A stretch of 64,000 nt of DNA from assembly GCA_963708025.1 (NCBI GenBank), contig CAVPSB010000002.1, positions 160,001-224,000 of the forward strand, read 5' to 3'. Below are positions 42,270 to 52,105 of this stretch, in pieces. The stretch comes from an uncultured Candidatus Rokubacteria bacterium (lineage in GTDB: Bacteria > Methylomirabilota > Methylomirabilia > Rokubacteriales > DASRDR01). Each line of letters begins with the position of its first letter. The stretch's first letter is position 1. Position numbers and translations under genes: made by a program. The notes beneath the pieces were generated by a model. The model searched no databases, was not told where the DNA came from, and was given only the letters and a program-made list of their open reading frames with translations.

Positions 42270-42368
42270 ATGGCCGAGGAGCCGAAGGATCAGTGGGACG
42301 CCACGCAGTGGCACGAGGTGAAGAAGGGCGAGACCCCCGCCCCCGGGAACTTGACACATCTGCCATGA
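42270..42368 (+). CDS. Putative 32-aa small protein
   Basis: Strong RBS AAGGAGGAG before the ATG; MAEEPKDQWDATQWHEVKKGETPAPGNLTHLP. Confidence 0.45.
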   Translation: MAEEPKDQWDATQWHEVKKGETPAPGNLTHLP

Positions 42369-42400
42369 CTTTGGCGCGCCGAGGAACCTCGGGCCGTTTC

Positions 42401-42432
42401 GGGGGGGTCTCGGGAGACGCCCCAAAGCCCCC
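42401..42432. repeat. Family B hairpin variant
   Basis: GGGGGGGTCTCGGGAGACGCCCC. Confidence 0.6.
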
Positions 42433-42489
42433 ATCGGAGGCTGCGGCAAGGTCGCGAGAAGCCAGCCGGCGACAGGAGGTCCCGAACCA

Positions 42490-42918
42490 ATGCGCATCGT
42501 TGCGGTGGTCGTCGCGATCGCGCTGATCGTCGCCGGCTACTTCTGGGCCGTCCTGAAGTGGAGCTACTCGAGCGGCGAGCGCGCCGGCTGGGTCCAGAAG
42601 TTCTCGCGGAAGGGCTGGGTCTGCAAGACGTGGGAGGGCGAGCTGGCGATGGTGTCGATGCCGGGCGCGATCCCGGAGAAGTTCTACTTCACGGTGAGGG
42701 ACGACGCGGTGGCCGAGCGGATCAACCGGGTGATGGGCAAGCGGGTGACGCTCCACTACGAGGAGAAGGTGGGGCTCCCGAGCTCCTGCTTCGGCGAGAC
42801 CCGACACTTCGTCAGCAGGGTGACCGTCGTCGACGAGATGCCGCTCGGGCCCGGCGGCCCCGGGCTCGCCCCGGCCACTCCGATCCCGCCGCCGGGCACC
42901 GCCGCGCCGAAGGGCTGA
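42490..42918 (+). CDS. Conserved membrane-anchored hypothetical protein
   Basis: N-terminal TM helix; YSSGERAGWVQKFSRKGWVCKTWEGELAM; RBS AGGAGG. Confidence 0.75.
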   Translation: MRIVAVVVAIALIVAGYFWAVLKWSYSSGERAGWVQKFSRKGWVCKTWEGELAMVSMPGAIPEKFYFTVRDDAVAERINRVMGKRVTLHYEEKVGLPSSCFGETRHFVSRVTVVDEMPLGPGGPGLAPATPIPPPGTAAPKG

Positions 42919-43041
42919 TCCGGGGACTCGACGGCGCGCATCCCGGCCTCCCGGCGCGGGCGTGACCGGCCGTCAGTCGACGCCGCCGTAGCCGCCGAAC
43001 CGGGACTGGTGCTCGCCCCGGGTCGGAGTAGAAGATTTGTA

Positions 43042-43084
43042 TTGATGATCAGGTCTTGACAAGAAAATGGGAATCCCCTAGGGT
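43042..43084 (+). promoter_or_regulatory. Sigma70 promoter TTGACA-N17-TAGGGT with upstream TTGATGATCAGGT motif
   Basis: 32/43 identical to 63802-63844. Confidence 0.75.
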
Positions 43085-43091
43085 CCGGGAG

Positions 43092-43916
43092 GTGGCAACC
43101 GACCCTCCCGATCCCCGCGCCCGGCGGACGCCGCGCTATCTCGCGGTCACCGAGGCGCTCCGCGCGCAGATCGCCGCCGCCGCGCCCAACACGCTCCTGC
43201 CCACCGAGCAGGAGCTGGCCCGCCACTTCGGTGTGAGCCGGCTGACGCTGCGGCGGTCGCTCGGGTTGCTGGAGCGGAGCGGGCTCGTGTCGCGCCAGCG
43301 AGGTCGGGGCACCATCGTCAGTCCGCCCAAGGTGACCCGATTGCTCGCGCCACTGTACACGCTCGAGGAGGATTTCCGGCGGCAGGGCCTCAAGCTCGAG
43401 ACTCGAGTCTTGAATTACGAGCGGGCGGTCGAGGCGCCGGGCCCCATCCGGGAGCGGCTCCGGCTGGGCCGCCGGCGACAGGCGGCGGTGCTGGCGCTGG
43501 TCCGGCTCGTCGAGGGCCGGATCATCGCGTACGACCGCGCGTACATCCCGACGTCCCTGGTCGGCCGCTTCCAGCCCGAGGAGGTCGGCGAGCACCCCCT
43601 GCTGGAGGTGCTGCGCGAGCATGCGGGGATCCGCATCGGGCGGCTGGACTGGGAGATCGAGATCCTGCCGGCGGGGCCGGACGCGGCGAGCGCGCTGGGA
43701 ATCACGCCGGGGGTCCTGGTGGTGGCCAGCCGGACGACGGCGTACGCGGACGACGGGTCGCCCGTCTCCAGAAGTGAGCGCTGCTACCGGATCGACCGGG
43801 TGAAGTTCCATTTCGCCACCGAGTACGCGCCTGACGCCGCGCCGGCGGAGCTGAGGCTGGCGACCGGGAAGCGACGGCCCGGGGCCGGGCGCCCGGCCCG
43901 GCCGAAGCGCAAGTGA
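43092..43916 (+). CDS. GntR-family (HutC/UTRA) transcriptional regulator
   Basis: LPTEQELARHFGVSRLTLRRSL...RGRGT wHTH plus UTRA domain. Confidence 0.92.
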   Translation: MATDPPDPRARRTPRYLAVTEALRAQIAAAAPNTLLPTEQELARHFGVSRLTLRRSLGLLERSGLVSRQRGRGTIVSPPKVTRLLAPLYTLEEDFRRQGLKLETRVLNYERAVEAPGPIRERLRLGRRRQAAVLALVRLVEGRIIAYDRAYIPTSLVGRFQPEEVGEHPLLEVLREHAGIRIGRLDWEIEILPAGPDAASALGITPGVLVVASRTTAYADDGSPVSRSERCYRIDRVKFHFATEYAPDAAPAELRLATGKRRPGAGRPARPKRK

Positions 43917-43979
43917 GCCGAGGCCGCCGCCGACGGCGGCCGGATTCCCTGGAACGCGCAGGCACGTGAGGGCGTCTCG

Positions 43980-44966
43980 ATGATCCGTCGGGTGCTGACG
44001 CTGGCAGTGGCGGTCCTGGTCGGAAGCCTGATGATCGCGGGTGGCGCGCACGCGCAGCCCCGGGCCGGCGACTTCCCCGCCGGCAAGCCGATCACGCTGA
44101 TCGTGCCGTACGCGGCGGGGGGCACCACCGACGCCGGCGCGCGCTTGCTGGCCGCCCGTCTGGAGGAGGAGCTGGCGACGAGGGTCCAGGTCGTCAACCG
44201 GCCCGGAGCGGCGTCCCAGGTGGGGATCTCGTCCCTGCTCAACGCGCCACCGAACGGGTACACGCTGTCGTACGCGGTGATCCCGACGATCATCACCCAC
44301 TACTCGGATCCGGGGCGCGAGGCCCCCTACGGGCGCAAGGATTTCCAGCCAGTGGCCCACCACCACCTCATCCCGGCCATGGTCGCGGTGCCGGCGGACA
44401 GCCCCTACAAGACGCTGGCGGAGTTCGTCGAGGCGGCGCGGGCCAATCCGGGCAAGATCAGCATCAGCGACAGCGCCCTGATGGGCAACCCTCACCTGGC
44501 CGTCCTGATGCTGCAGAAAGCGGCCGGGGTCCGGTTCGCCTCCGTGCACTTCGACGGCGGCGCCCCGTCGGTCACCGCGCTGCTCGGCGGGCACGTGAAC
44601 GGGCTGGCCGGTGGGATCTCGGACGCCGTGCCCCACGTCAGGTCCGGGAAGTTCCGGGTCCTGGGCATCGCCGCCGACCAGGAGAACGAGTTCCTGCCGG
44701 GAGTGCCCACGATGAAGTCGCAGGGCTTCAACGTGGTGTCGGTCTCGGCGACCGGCATCCTGGCGCGCGCCGGCACCCCCCGGGACGTGGTGGAGACCCT
44801 GGCCCGGGCCATCAAGAAGATCGTGGAGAGCGACGACCACCGGAAGAAGCTGAACGCCCTGGGTGTCTCGCCGCACTACCTCGATCCGGACGAGTACGCG
44901 GCGTTCTGGGCAAGCTCCGAGGCGCGGGTCGCCCCGATCGTGAAGGAGCTCAGGGCGTCTCAGTAG
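43980..44966 (+). CDS. tctC: Bug/TctC tripartite tricarboxylate transporter substrate-binding protein
   Basis: KPITLIVPYAAGGTTD, VVNRPGA, PNGYTL, ALLGGHV. Confidence 0.9.
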   Translation: MIRRVLTLAVAVLVGSLMIAGGAHAQPRAGDFPAGKPITLIVPYAAGGTTDAGARLLAARLEEELATRVQVVNRPGAASQVGISSLLNAPPNGYTLSYAVIPTIITHYSDPGREAPYGRKDFQPVAHHHLIPAMVAVPADSPYKTLAEFVEAARANPGKISISDSALMGNPHLAVLMLQKAAGVRFASVHFDGGAPSVTALLGGHVNGLAGGISDAVPHVRSGKFRVLGIAADQENEFLPGVPTMKSQGFNVVSVSATGILARAGTPRDVVETLARAIKKIVESDDHRKKLNALGVSPHYLDPDEYAAFWASSEARVAPIVKELRASQ

Positions 44967-45066
44967 GGACGAAGCCCGCCGGATGCCGGGGCGGGACCGG
45001 ATCGCTTGCCGCCGGATGTCGACGGAACCCCGAGCCAACACGCGACAAGAGGAGGCACGGTCGGAC

Positions 45067-45858
45067 ATGGCCAGCGACACGCTGAAATACTTCCGGATGG
45101 AGACGGACAGTCAGGGCATCACCGTCGTGACCTTCGACCGGCCGCCGGTCAACGCCGTCTCCTTCGACGTCTACCCCGAGATCCGGGCGGTGTGCGAGAT
45201 CATCGAGGCGACGGACCAGACCCGCGTGGTCGTGCTGACCGCTCCCCCGGGGAACCGGGCGTGGTGCGGCGGGGCGGACGTGCGGAACTTCCTCCCGCTC
45301 GACTACGAGAGCCGACTGGAGCGGTACGAGCTCATCAACCAGTGCATGCCCCGCTTCTACAACCTGGACCGGCCGGTGGTTGGCGCCATCAACGGTCATT
45401 CGGTGGGGGTGGGACTGGTGCTGGCGAGCTTCTGCGACATCCGGGTCGCCTGGAGCGACGCCTTCTTCGCCTGTCCGGAGATCGACCGGGGCGTGCTGGC
45501 GGGTGGGGGCGCCTTCCTCTCGCGGATCGGCGTGCCGCCCGGGATCATCCGGGAAATGATGTACACCGGCGGGAGGTTCACGGCCGAGCAGCTCCGCCAT
45601 ACCGGGATGTTCAACTACATCGTGCCCCGGGACCAGGTGCTGCCGAAGGCGATGGAGATCGCCCGGACCATCGCCAAGAAGAGCCTGCCGGCGCTGAAGG
45701 CGAACAAGCTCTGCACCAACGCCACGGAGTCCCTGTCCTGGAACGACGGCTACAAGATGACCCAGCAGTACAGCGCGAAGCTGACGGTCACCAAGGACGC
45801 CAAGGAGGGCATCCGGGCCTTCCTCGAGAAGCGGGAAGCGAAGTACACGGACCGCTAG
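45067..45858 (+). CDS. Enoyl-CoA hydratase/isomerase family protein
   Basis: DRPPVNAV, CGGAD, AINGHSVGVG, PEIDRG, EGIRAFLEKR. Confidence 0.88.
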   Translation: MASDTLKYFRMETDSQGITVVTFDRPPVNAVSFDVYPEIRAVCEIIEATDQTRVVVLTAPPGNRAWCGGADVRNFLPLDYESRLERYELINQCMPRFYNLDRPVVGAINGHSVGVGLVLASFCDIRVAWSDAFFACPEIDRGVLAGGGAFLSRIGVPPGIIREMMYTGGRFTAEQLRHTGMFNYIVPRDQVLPKAMEIARTIAKKSLPALKANKLCTNATESLSWNDGYKMTQQYSAKLTVTKDAKEGIRAFLEKREAKYTDR

Positions 45859-45864
45859 GATATC

Positions 45865-46000
45865 GGGGGGTCTGGGAAGACCCCCTCCGAGACCTCCAGG
45901 AGAGGGTTGCGGCGGCAAAGCCGCCGCTCGGCGGCTCTTCATGGCTCACGTCGCACGGCTCACTACACGACGTGCTTCGACGGGCTCCTACGACAGGGAC
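45865..46000. repeat. Family B hairpin plus family D motif
   Basis: GGGGGGTCTGGGAAGACCCCCTCC; GCTCTTCATGGCTCACGTCGCAC at 45934. Confidence 0.65.
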
Positions 46001-46032
46001 GGCGGCACCGCCTGCCAGACGACGCGCTCGCC

Positions 46033-48156
46033 GTGAGCTCCTTCGCGGACGTGTCCGGTCTTCTCGAGCCGAGATCGATCGCGGTGATCGGCGCCTCGGA
46101 TCAGCCGGGGAACCTCGGCGGGACCGCGGTCCGGTACCTGCAAAAGTTCGCCTACCCCGGTCCCGTCTGGCCCGTGAACCCGAGGCGGCAGACGGTGGCC
46201 GGGCTGCCGTGCTTCCCGAAGGTCGCGAGTCTCCCGGGCCCCGCCGACCTGGCCATCCTGGCCATCTCGGCCGACGCGATCGTGGACATGGTGCGCGAGT
46301 GCGCCGAGGCCGGGATCGCGCACGGCATCGTGTGGGCGGGCGGCTTCGCCGAGGTCGGCGGGGAAGGGGTCCGGCGCCAGCAGGCGCTCGTCGAGATGTG
46401 CCGCCGGACCGGCTTCAAGCTGTGCGGGCCCAACTGCATCGGCATCGTCAACACGCGGCTGCCGATGACCGCCAGCTTCGCCTCGTCGCTCCTCGAGGCG
46501 GAGCGGATGCTCCCGGGCAACATCTCCATGATCAGCCAGAGCGGCGGGATGGCCACGGTCGCCCAGGCCCTCGCCCAGCGGGCCGGCTTCGGGTTCCGGT
46601 ACGTCGTCAGCACCGGCAACGAGGCGGTGCTGACCACGGCCGACTTCATCCACGGGCTCGTCAAGGATCCGGAGACCCGGGTCATCGCCACGTACCTGGA
46701 GGGCGTCGACGACGGCGCGAAGTTCGTGACCGCGCTGGAGGAGGCTCGCCGGGCCCGCAAGCCGGTCATCGTCCTCAAGGGCGGCGTCACCGCGGCCAGC
46801 GCCCGGGCCGCGGTCGCCCACACCGGGGCGCTGGCGGGGGAAGACCGGGTCTGGAGCGCCCTGCTCCGGGAGCACGCCGTGATCCGGGTGCACTCCCAGG
46901 AGGAGCTCCTGGACGTGGCGATGCTCCTGAGCGGCACCGACCCCGACAAGCTGCCGGCGGGGAACGGCGTGGCGGCGGTGACGTTCGGGGGCGGCAGCGG
47001 CGTACTCTCGGCCGACCAGTGCGTGCAGCACGGCCTGACCACGCCGCCGCTGGCGGCCGCCACCGCGGAGCGCCTGAAGACCCTGGTCACGCCGCTCGCC
47101 TCCATCGCCAATCCCATCGACCTGACGCCCGACACCTACAACCAGCCGGACTGGCTCGCGCGGCTTCCGCAGGCGCTGGACGTCATCGCGGCCGACCCCA
47201 GCATCCACACGGTGTTCTTCCAGTTCGGGGCGATGGCTCACCGGGCGACGGAGATGATGGACACCGTCGGCGCCCTCCGGAGCCGGACCGCCCGGACCGT
47301 CTGCGTGGCGTGGCCGATGGCGTCGCGGGCGGTGCTGGAGCGGCTGCCGGCCGAGGGGGTCTATCCGTTCCCGGAGATCGCCCGCGGCCTCCGGGCCATC
47401 GGCCAGGTGGCCCGCTACCGGGCCGCGCTCGCGGAGCCGCCCCGGCTCGACGACGGCGAGGTGCCGGCGTTCGACTGGTCCGCCTTTCTGTCGGCACCAC
47501 CGGCGGCCGGCACGGTGGTCTCCGAGCCGCAGTGCCACCGCATCCTGGCCACCGCCGGTCTGCCGACGGCGGCCGGCCGGCTCGCCGGCTCTCCGGACGA
47601 GGCGATCCGGGCGGCGGCCGCGGTGGGCTATCCGGTGGCCCTCAAGGGCATCTCGCCGGCGGTGACGCATCGGGCGGCGGCGGGTCTCGTGGCCCTCGGG
47701 GTCCGCTCCGACGGGGAGACGCGTGAGGCCTTCGAGCGGCTCACCGCCCGGGCGACCGCGATGGGGTTGCGCCTGGAGGGGATCTACGTCCAGCACATGG
47801 TGGCCGGCGGGCTGGAGCTGCTGGTGTCGGCCTTCCGCGATCCGCTGTTCGGCGTGATGGTCTCCTGCGGCGCCGGCGGCAACCTGACCGAGGTGATCGA
47901 CGACGTGGTTTTGGAGCGCGCGCCCGTCGGTGAGGCCGCCGCGCTCCGCATGGTGGAGCGACTCCGGGTCGTCCGGCACGCGCGCCGGCTGAACCCGGAG
48001 CTGGACGGGGGCGCGGCGGCGCGATTCGTCGCGCGGTTCTCGCGCCTGGCGGCCACGGCGCCGTGGCGGCGGTTCGTCCTGGAGGTGAACCCCATCCGGG
48101 CGGGCCGGGACGCCGCGGTGGCGGTCGACGGGCTCCTGGTCGTGGAGGAGCCGTGA
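46033..48156 (+). CDS. Acetate-CoA ligase (ADP-forming) family acyl-CoA synthetase
   Basis: PRSIAVIGAS, GPNCIG, SQSGG, STGNEA, AHTG phospho-His, NPIDL, ATP-grasp EVNP; start uncertain. Confidence 0.88.
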   Translation: MSSFADVSGLLEPRSIAVIGASDQPGNLGGTAVRYLQKFAYPGPVWPVNPRRQTVAGLPCFPKVASLPGPADLAILAISADAIVDMVRECAEAGIAHGIVWAGGFAEVGGEGVRRQQALVEMCRRTGFKLCGPNCIGIVNTRLPMTASFASSLLEAERMLPGNISMISQSGGMATVAQALAQRAGFGFRYVVSTGNEAVLTTADFIHGLVKDPETRVIATYLEGVDDGAKFVTALEEARRARKPVIVLKGGVTAASARAAVAHTGALAGEDRVWSALLREHAVIRVHSQEELLDVAMLLSGTDPDKLPAGNGVAAVTFGGGSGVLSADQCVQHGLTTPPLAAATAERLKTLVTPLASIANPIDLTPDTYNQPDWLARLPQALDVIAADPSIHTVFFQFGAMAHRATEMMDTVGALRSRTARTVCVAWPMASRAVLERLPAEGVYPFPEIARGLRAIGQVARYRAALAEPPRLDDGEVPAFDWSAFLSAPPAAGTVVSEPQCHRILATAGLPTAAGRLAGSPDEAIRAAAAVGYPVALKGISPAVTHRAAAGLVALGVRSDGETREAFERLTARATAMGLRLEGIYVQHMVAGGLELLVSAFRDPLFGVMVSCGAGGNLTEVIDDVVLERAPVGEAAALRMVERLRVVRHARRLNPELDGGAAARFVARFSRLAATAPWRRFVLEVNPIRAGRDAAVAVDGLLVVEEP

Positions 48157-48159
48157 GGT

Positions 48160-48265
48160 CGTGTGAAGGAATGGATCCTCCGACTCCCCCCTCCCCCCGG
48201 CCAAAGGCCGAAGGCCGTCCATGGGTGGGGGAGGGGGGTTGGGGGGGTGGGCGGGCGGTCCCGAA
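48160..48265 (+). repeat. Family A element, copy 2, abutting the tctB ATG
   Basis: C-tract, GGCCAAAGGCCGAAGGCC, G-tracts, GGGCGGTCCCGAA-ATG. Confidence 0.8.
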
Positions 48266-48724
48266 ATGAAGCGGCCTTACCAGGTCACCGCGGTGCTCTG
48301 CCTCCTGTTCGCGGCGTTCGTCCTGCGGCAGTCGCTCGCCTTGAAGCTCTACACCTCGATGGGGCCCGGCCCCGGCTTCTTCCCGTTCTGGCTCGCCATC
48401 CTCTTCGCCGGCCTCGCGCTGATCATGCTCGGGCAGGCCACCCTCGCGCCCTCCACCCCGAGGCCGGCGGATTTCTTCGCCACCCGGACCGGCTACCTCC
48501 GCATCGCGACCATCGTCGGCTCGCTGGTCGGTACCGTCCTCCTGCTCGACCCGCTGGGATTCCGCCTCACCACGCTGGCGTTCTACCTCGTCCTGCTGAA
48601 CGTCCTCAGCCGGCAGAGCTGGCTGGTGACCCTCGTGATCGCTGTCGCGGGGAGCTTCGGCGTCTACTACGTCTTCGCCGAAGTCCTGAGGATCCCGCTG
48701 CCCGTGGGCCTGCTCGGAGTGTAG
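48266..48724 (+). CDS. tctB: Tripartite tricarboxylate transporter small permease
   Basis: GPGPGFFPFW, LGF, VFAEVLRIPLP.G. Confidence 0.88.
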   Translation: MKRPYQVTAVLCLLFAAFVLRQSLALKLYTSMGPGPGFFPFWLAILFAGLALIMLGQATLAPSTPRPADFFATRTGYLRIATIVGSLVGTVLLLDPLGFRLTTLAFYLVLLNVLSRQSWLVTLVIAVAGSFGVYYVFAEVLRIPLPVGLLGV

Positions 48725-48748
48725 GTCCGGAGCTGGTGAGGGACCGGC

Positions 48749-50245
48749 GTGGAGAGTCTCCACTTCCTGCTGGGCGGCTTCGCGACCGCGCTCGAGCCCA
48801 CCAACCTGCTCTTTGCGCTCATCGGCTGCGTGCTGGGAACGCTGGTCGGGATCCTGCCGGGCATCGGACCGGTGGCGGGCACGGCCATGTTGATCCCCGT
48901 CACCTTCGCGCTCAAGCCGACGCCGGCCATCATCATGCTGGCCGCGATCTACTACGGCGCCATGTACGGCGGCTCGACGACGTCGATCCTGGTCAACGTG
49001 CCGGGCGAGGCCGCCTCGGCCATCACCTGCCTGGACGGGTACGAGATGGCCAAGCAGGGCCGGGCGGGGCCGGCGCTGGCCGTCGCCGCCCTCGGGTCGT
49101 TCTTCGGGGGGACGGTCGCCACCCTGGGCCTGGTCCTGCTGGCGTTGCCGCTCACCGAGTTCGCGCTCCGGTTCGGTCCGCCGGAGTTCTTCTCGCTGAT
49201 GGTGCTGGGGTTGTCGCTGGTCACCGGGCTGGCCGGCCGGTCGCTGGTGCGGGCGCTGATGTCGGCGGTCTTCGGCCTCTTGATCGCCATGATCGGGATC
49301 GATCCCGTGATGGGCGCCCCCCGCTTCACGTTCGGGCGGACCGAGCTGCAGGACGGCCTGGGGGTGGTGCCGGTAGCGATGGGACTGTTCGGCATCGGCG
49401 AGATCCTGCTCAACGCCGAGCGCGGGGTGGGCCGGGTCTTCGAGACGACGCTCAGATCGCTGATCCCGTCGGCCCGGGATCTCCGCGACTCGTGGCGGCC
49501 CATCCTGCGGGGCACCGGGATCGGCTTCTTCATCGGCCTCATCCCGGGCATCGGGGCGGTAGTGCCGACCATGATCTCCTACGTCGCCGAGAAGCGTCTG
49601 TCCCGGACGCCCGAGCGCTTCGGGACCGGGATGATCCAGGGGGTGGCCGGCCCCGAGTCGGCCAACAACGCCTACGCCAACGCCGCGCTCATCCCGCTCT
49701 TCACGCTGGGGATCCCCGGCTCGCCCACCGTGGCCGTCATCATGGGGGCCTTCATGATGAACGGCCTGATCCCGGGTCCGTTCCTGTTCCGGGACCATCC
49801 CGACTTCGTGTGGGCGGTGATCGCCAGCCTGTACATCGGCAACCTGATGCTGGTGATCCTCAACCTGCCGTTCATCCCGCTCTGGGTGGCCGTCCTGAAG
49901 GTCCCCTACTCGATCCTCTTCACGGCCATCCTCGGCTTCTGCGTCCTGGGGGCGTACAGCCTCAGCGGCAGCGTCTTCGACGTCGGCGTGATGACCGTGT
50001 TCGGGGTGTTCGGCTATCTCCTGAACAAGCTGGACGTGCCGGCGGCGCCCATGATCCTGACGATGGTGCTGGGGCCGCTGATGGAGCGCGCTCTCCGGCA
50101 GTCGCTCGACCTCTCGCAGGGCGACATGACGATCTTCGTCACCCGGCCCATCTCGGCGGTGACGCTGGCCGTCGCCGCCCTGTTCGTGACCACGTCGCTG
50201 ATGCAGGTGGCCGCCCGTGTGAAGGGACAGGATTCTCAGGTGTGA
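48749..50245 (+). CDS. tctA: Tripartite tricarboxylate transporter large permease
   Basis: GTLVGILPGIG, YGGSTTSILVNVPG, PESANNA, LGIPG. Confidence 0.93.
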   Translation: MESLHFLLGGFATALEPTNLLFALIGCVLGTLVGILPGIGPVAGTAMLIPVTFALKPTPAIIMLAAIYYGAMYGGSTTSILVNVPGEAASAITCLDGYEMAKQGRAGPALAVAALGSFFGGTVATLGLVLLALPLTEFALRFGPPEFFSLMVLGLSLVTGLAGRSLVRALMSAVFGLLIAMIGIDPVMGAPRFTFGRTELQDGLGVVPVAMGLFGIGEILLNAERGVGRVFETTLRSLIPSARDLRDSWRPILRGTGIGFFIGLIPGIGAVVPTMISYVAEKRLSRTPERFGTGMIQGVAGPESANNAYANAALIPLFTLGIPGSPTVAVIMGAFMMNGLIPGPFLFRDHPDFVWAVIASLYIGNLMLVILNLPFIPLWVAVLKVPYSILFTAILGFCVLGAYSLSGSVFDVGVMTVFGVFGYLLNKLDVPAAPMILTMVLGPLMERALRQSLDLSQGDMTIFVTRPISAVTLAVAALFVTTSLMQVAARVKGQDSQV

Positions 50246-50409
50246 GCGGACCGGGCCGATACGCGTCGCGCCGGGTCGTCGGTCGGACGGCCTTCAGCCT
50301 GGGGGGCGCTCGCGTCTCGGCCCGGTCCGATGCTGGTATATCCCAGTGTGTTGAAGAGGGTGGGGCAATGAGGTGCACGTTCCACGCGCGAAACGGCAGG
50401 AGGTGCTGC

Positions 50410-51996
50410 ATGAGACGGATTCGAATTCTCGCGGTCTTGGCGTTGGTCGCCGCCCTGGTGGCTCCGGTGTCGGCGCAGGAGACGCCGAAGGCGGGAGGCG
50501 AGCTGGTGTATTCGGTCCTGGCCGAGCCGCCGTCGTTCGATGCCCACCAGGAGGCGACGTTCGCGGTGCCCCACACCACCGCGCCGTTCTACAGCCTGCT
50601 GGTGAAGATCGACCCGGTGGAGTATCCCAAGGTCGTGCCCGACCTGGCCGAGTCGTGGACCATCTCGGCGGACGGCCGGGTGTACGAGTTCAAGCTCCGT
50701 GACGGGGTGAAGTTCCACGACGGGGCCCTCCTCACCGCCCGGGACGTCAAGGCGAGCCTGGACCACGTCGTCTCCCCGCCGGCGGGGGTCACCAGCCCGC
50801 GGAAGGCGGTGTACTCGCAGATCGAGGCGATCGAGGCGCCCAACCCCCGGACGGTGCGCGTCCGGCTGAAGCGCGCCCAGCCGGGGATGCTCACGTTCCT
50901 CGCCTCGCCGTGGAACTACATCTACAAGGCCGAGCTGCTCGAGAAGGATCCGAGCTGGCACAAGAAGAACGTCATGGGGACCGGCCCCTTCAAGCTGGGT
51001 GAGTACGTGCCGGGCTCGCACGTCACCGGCAAGAAGAACCCCGACTACTTCGTCAAGGGGCTGCCGTATCTCGACGGCTTCCGGGCGCTGTTCATCGTGG
51101 ACGGCGCCGCGCGGGTGGCGGCGTTCCGGGGCGGGCGCGTCGCCGCCGACTTCGTTGGCGCCACCCCGCTCCTCGACCAGGCCAGCCTGAAGCAGGCGCT
51201 GGGAGACAAGCTGGTCATCCAGCGGAGCCCGTGGTCGTGCGTCCTGACCATCGCGTTCCACCACGAGAAGAAGCCGTTCGACGACCCCCGGGTGCGCCGC
51301 GCCCTCAGCCTGGCCCTCGACCGCCGGGAGGCCGCCCGCGTGCTGAACGAGTTCAGCGAGTACGGCACGGTGGCCGGGATCAGCCAGCCCGGGGCGCCGT
51401 ACGCCATGCCCGAGGCGGAGCTGGAGAAGGTGCCCGGCTACTGGCGGGACATCGAGCGGAGCCGCACCGAGGCGCGCCGCCTGCTGAAGGAGGCGGGGCT
51501 CCCCGACAACTTCTCGTTCGCCTTCAGCAACCGCGGCCTCACCGGCGCCCAGCGGGTCGGGGTGTACGTGATCGACCAGTGGCGGAAGATCGGGGTTCAG
51601 GCGACCCACCGGGTGCTCGAGACCGGGCCGTACTTCACGGCGCTGCGCTCCGGGGACTACGAGGTGTCGGTCGACTTCTCCTGCGACTTCGCCGACGAGC
51701 CGGACCTGCAGCTGACCAAGTACATCTCTTCGGACAAGAGCCCCATCAACTACGCCCGGTACTCGGACCCGGTCATCGACGAGCTGTTCGAGCGCCAGAG
51801 CCGGGAGCAGAACCCCGACCGGCGCAAGCAGCTCGTGTGGGAGTTCGAGCGGCGGATCCTGGGCGAGATGGCCCACCAGGTGATCATCCTCGGGCAGGTG
51901 CGGGCGGTGACGCTCTGGGACTACGTGAAGGGCTGGAAGGTGACGCCGTCCCACTACCTGAACCAGGACCTGGGAACGGTCTGGCTGGCGAAGTAA
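50410..51996 (+). CDS. Peptide/nickel-type (family 5) ABC substrate-binding protein
   Basis: Signal peptide; PDLAESWTIS, GVKFHDG, GTGPFK, PFDDPRVRRALSLALDR. Confidence 0.92.
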   Translation: MRRIRILAVLALVAALVAPVSAQETPKAGGELVYSVLAEPPSFDAHQEATFAVPHTTAPFYSLLVKIDPVEYPKVVPDLAESWTISADGRVYEFKLRDGVKFHDGALLTARDVKASLDHVVSPPAGVTSPRKAVYSQIEAIEAPNPRTVRVRLKRAQPGMLTFLASPWNYIYKAELLEKDPSWHKKNVMGTGPFKLGEYVPGSHVTGKKNPDYFVKGLPYLDGFRALFIVDGAARVAAFRGGRVAADFVGATPLLDQASLKQALGDKLVIQRSPWSCVLTIAFHHEKKPFDDPRVRRALSLALDRREAARVLNEFSEYGTVAGISQPGAPYAMPEAELEKVPGYWRDIERSRTEARRLLKEAGLPDNFSFAFSNRGLTGAQRVGVYVIDQWRKIGVQATHRVLETGPYFTALRSGDYEVSVDFSCDFADEPDLQLTKYISSDKSPINYARYSDPVIDELFERQSREQNPDRRKQLVWEFERRILGEMAHQVIILGQVRAVTLWDYVKGWKVTPSHYLNQDLGTVWLAK

Positions 51997-52004
51997 CTTT
52001 CTGC

Positions 52005-52093
52005 TCCCTCTTCCAGGGAGAGGGTCGGGGTGAGGGTTCATGGCGGCGCCGGTCGCCCCTCATCCTGGCCCTCTCCCCCGGTGGGGGAGAGGG
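52005..52093. repeat. REP-like double hairpin (CCCTCTCCC..GGGAGAGGG family)
   Basis: TCCCTCTTCCAGGGAGAGGGTCGGGGTGAGGG...CCCCTCATCCTGGCCCTCTCCCCCGGTGGGGGAGAGGGA; two inverted units. Confidence 0.7.
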
Positions 52094-52105
52094 AACTGGT
52101 ACTGG

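Noticed and set aside
48163-51996. 1277-aa ORF (and the 1267-aa ORF 59166..62969) as giant fusion proteins
   Set aside because: Stop-poor high-GC frames; only the C-terminal parts match real families, while the N-terminal parts overlap tctB/tctA or dctQ/dctM.
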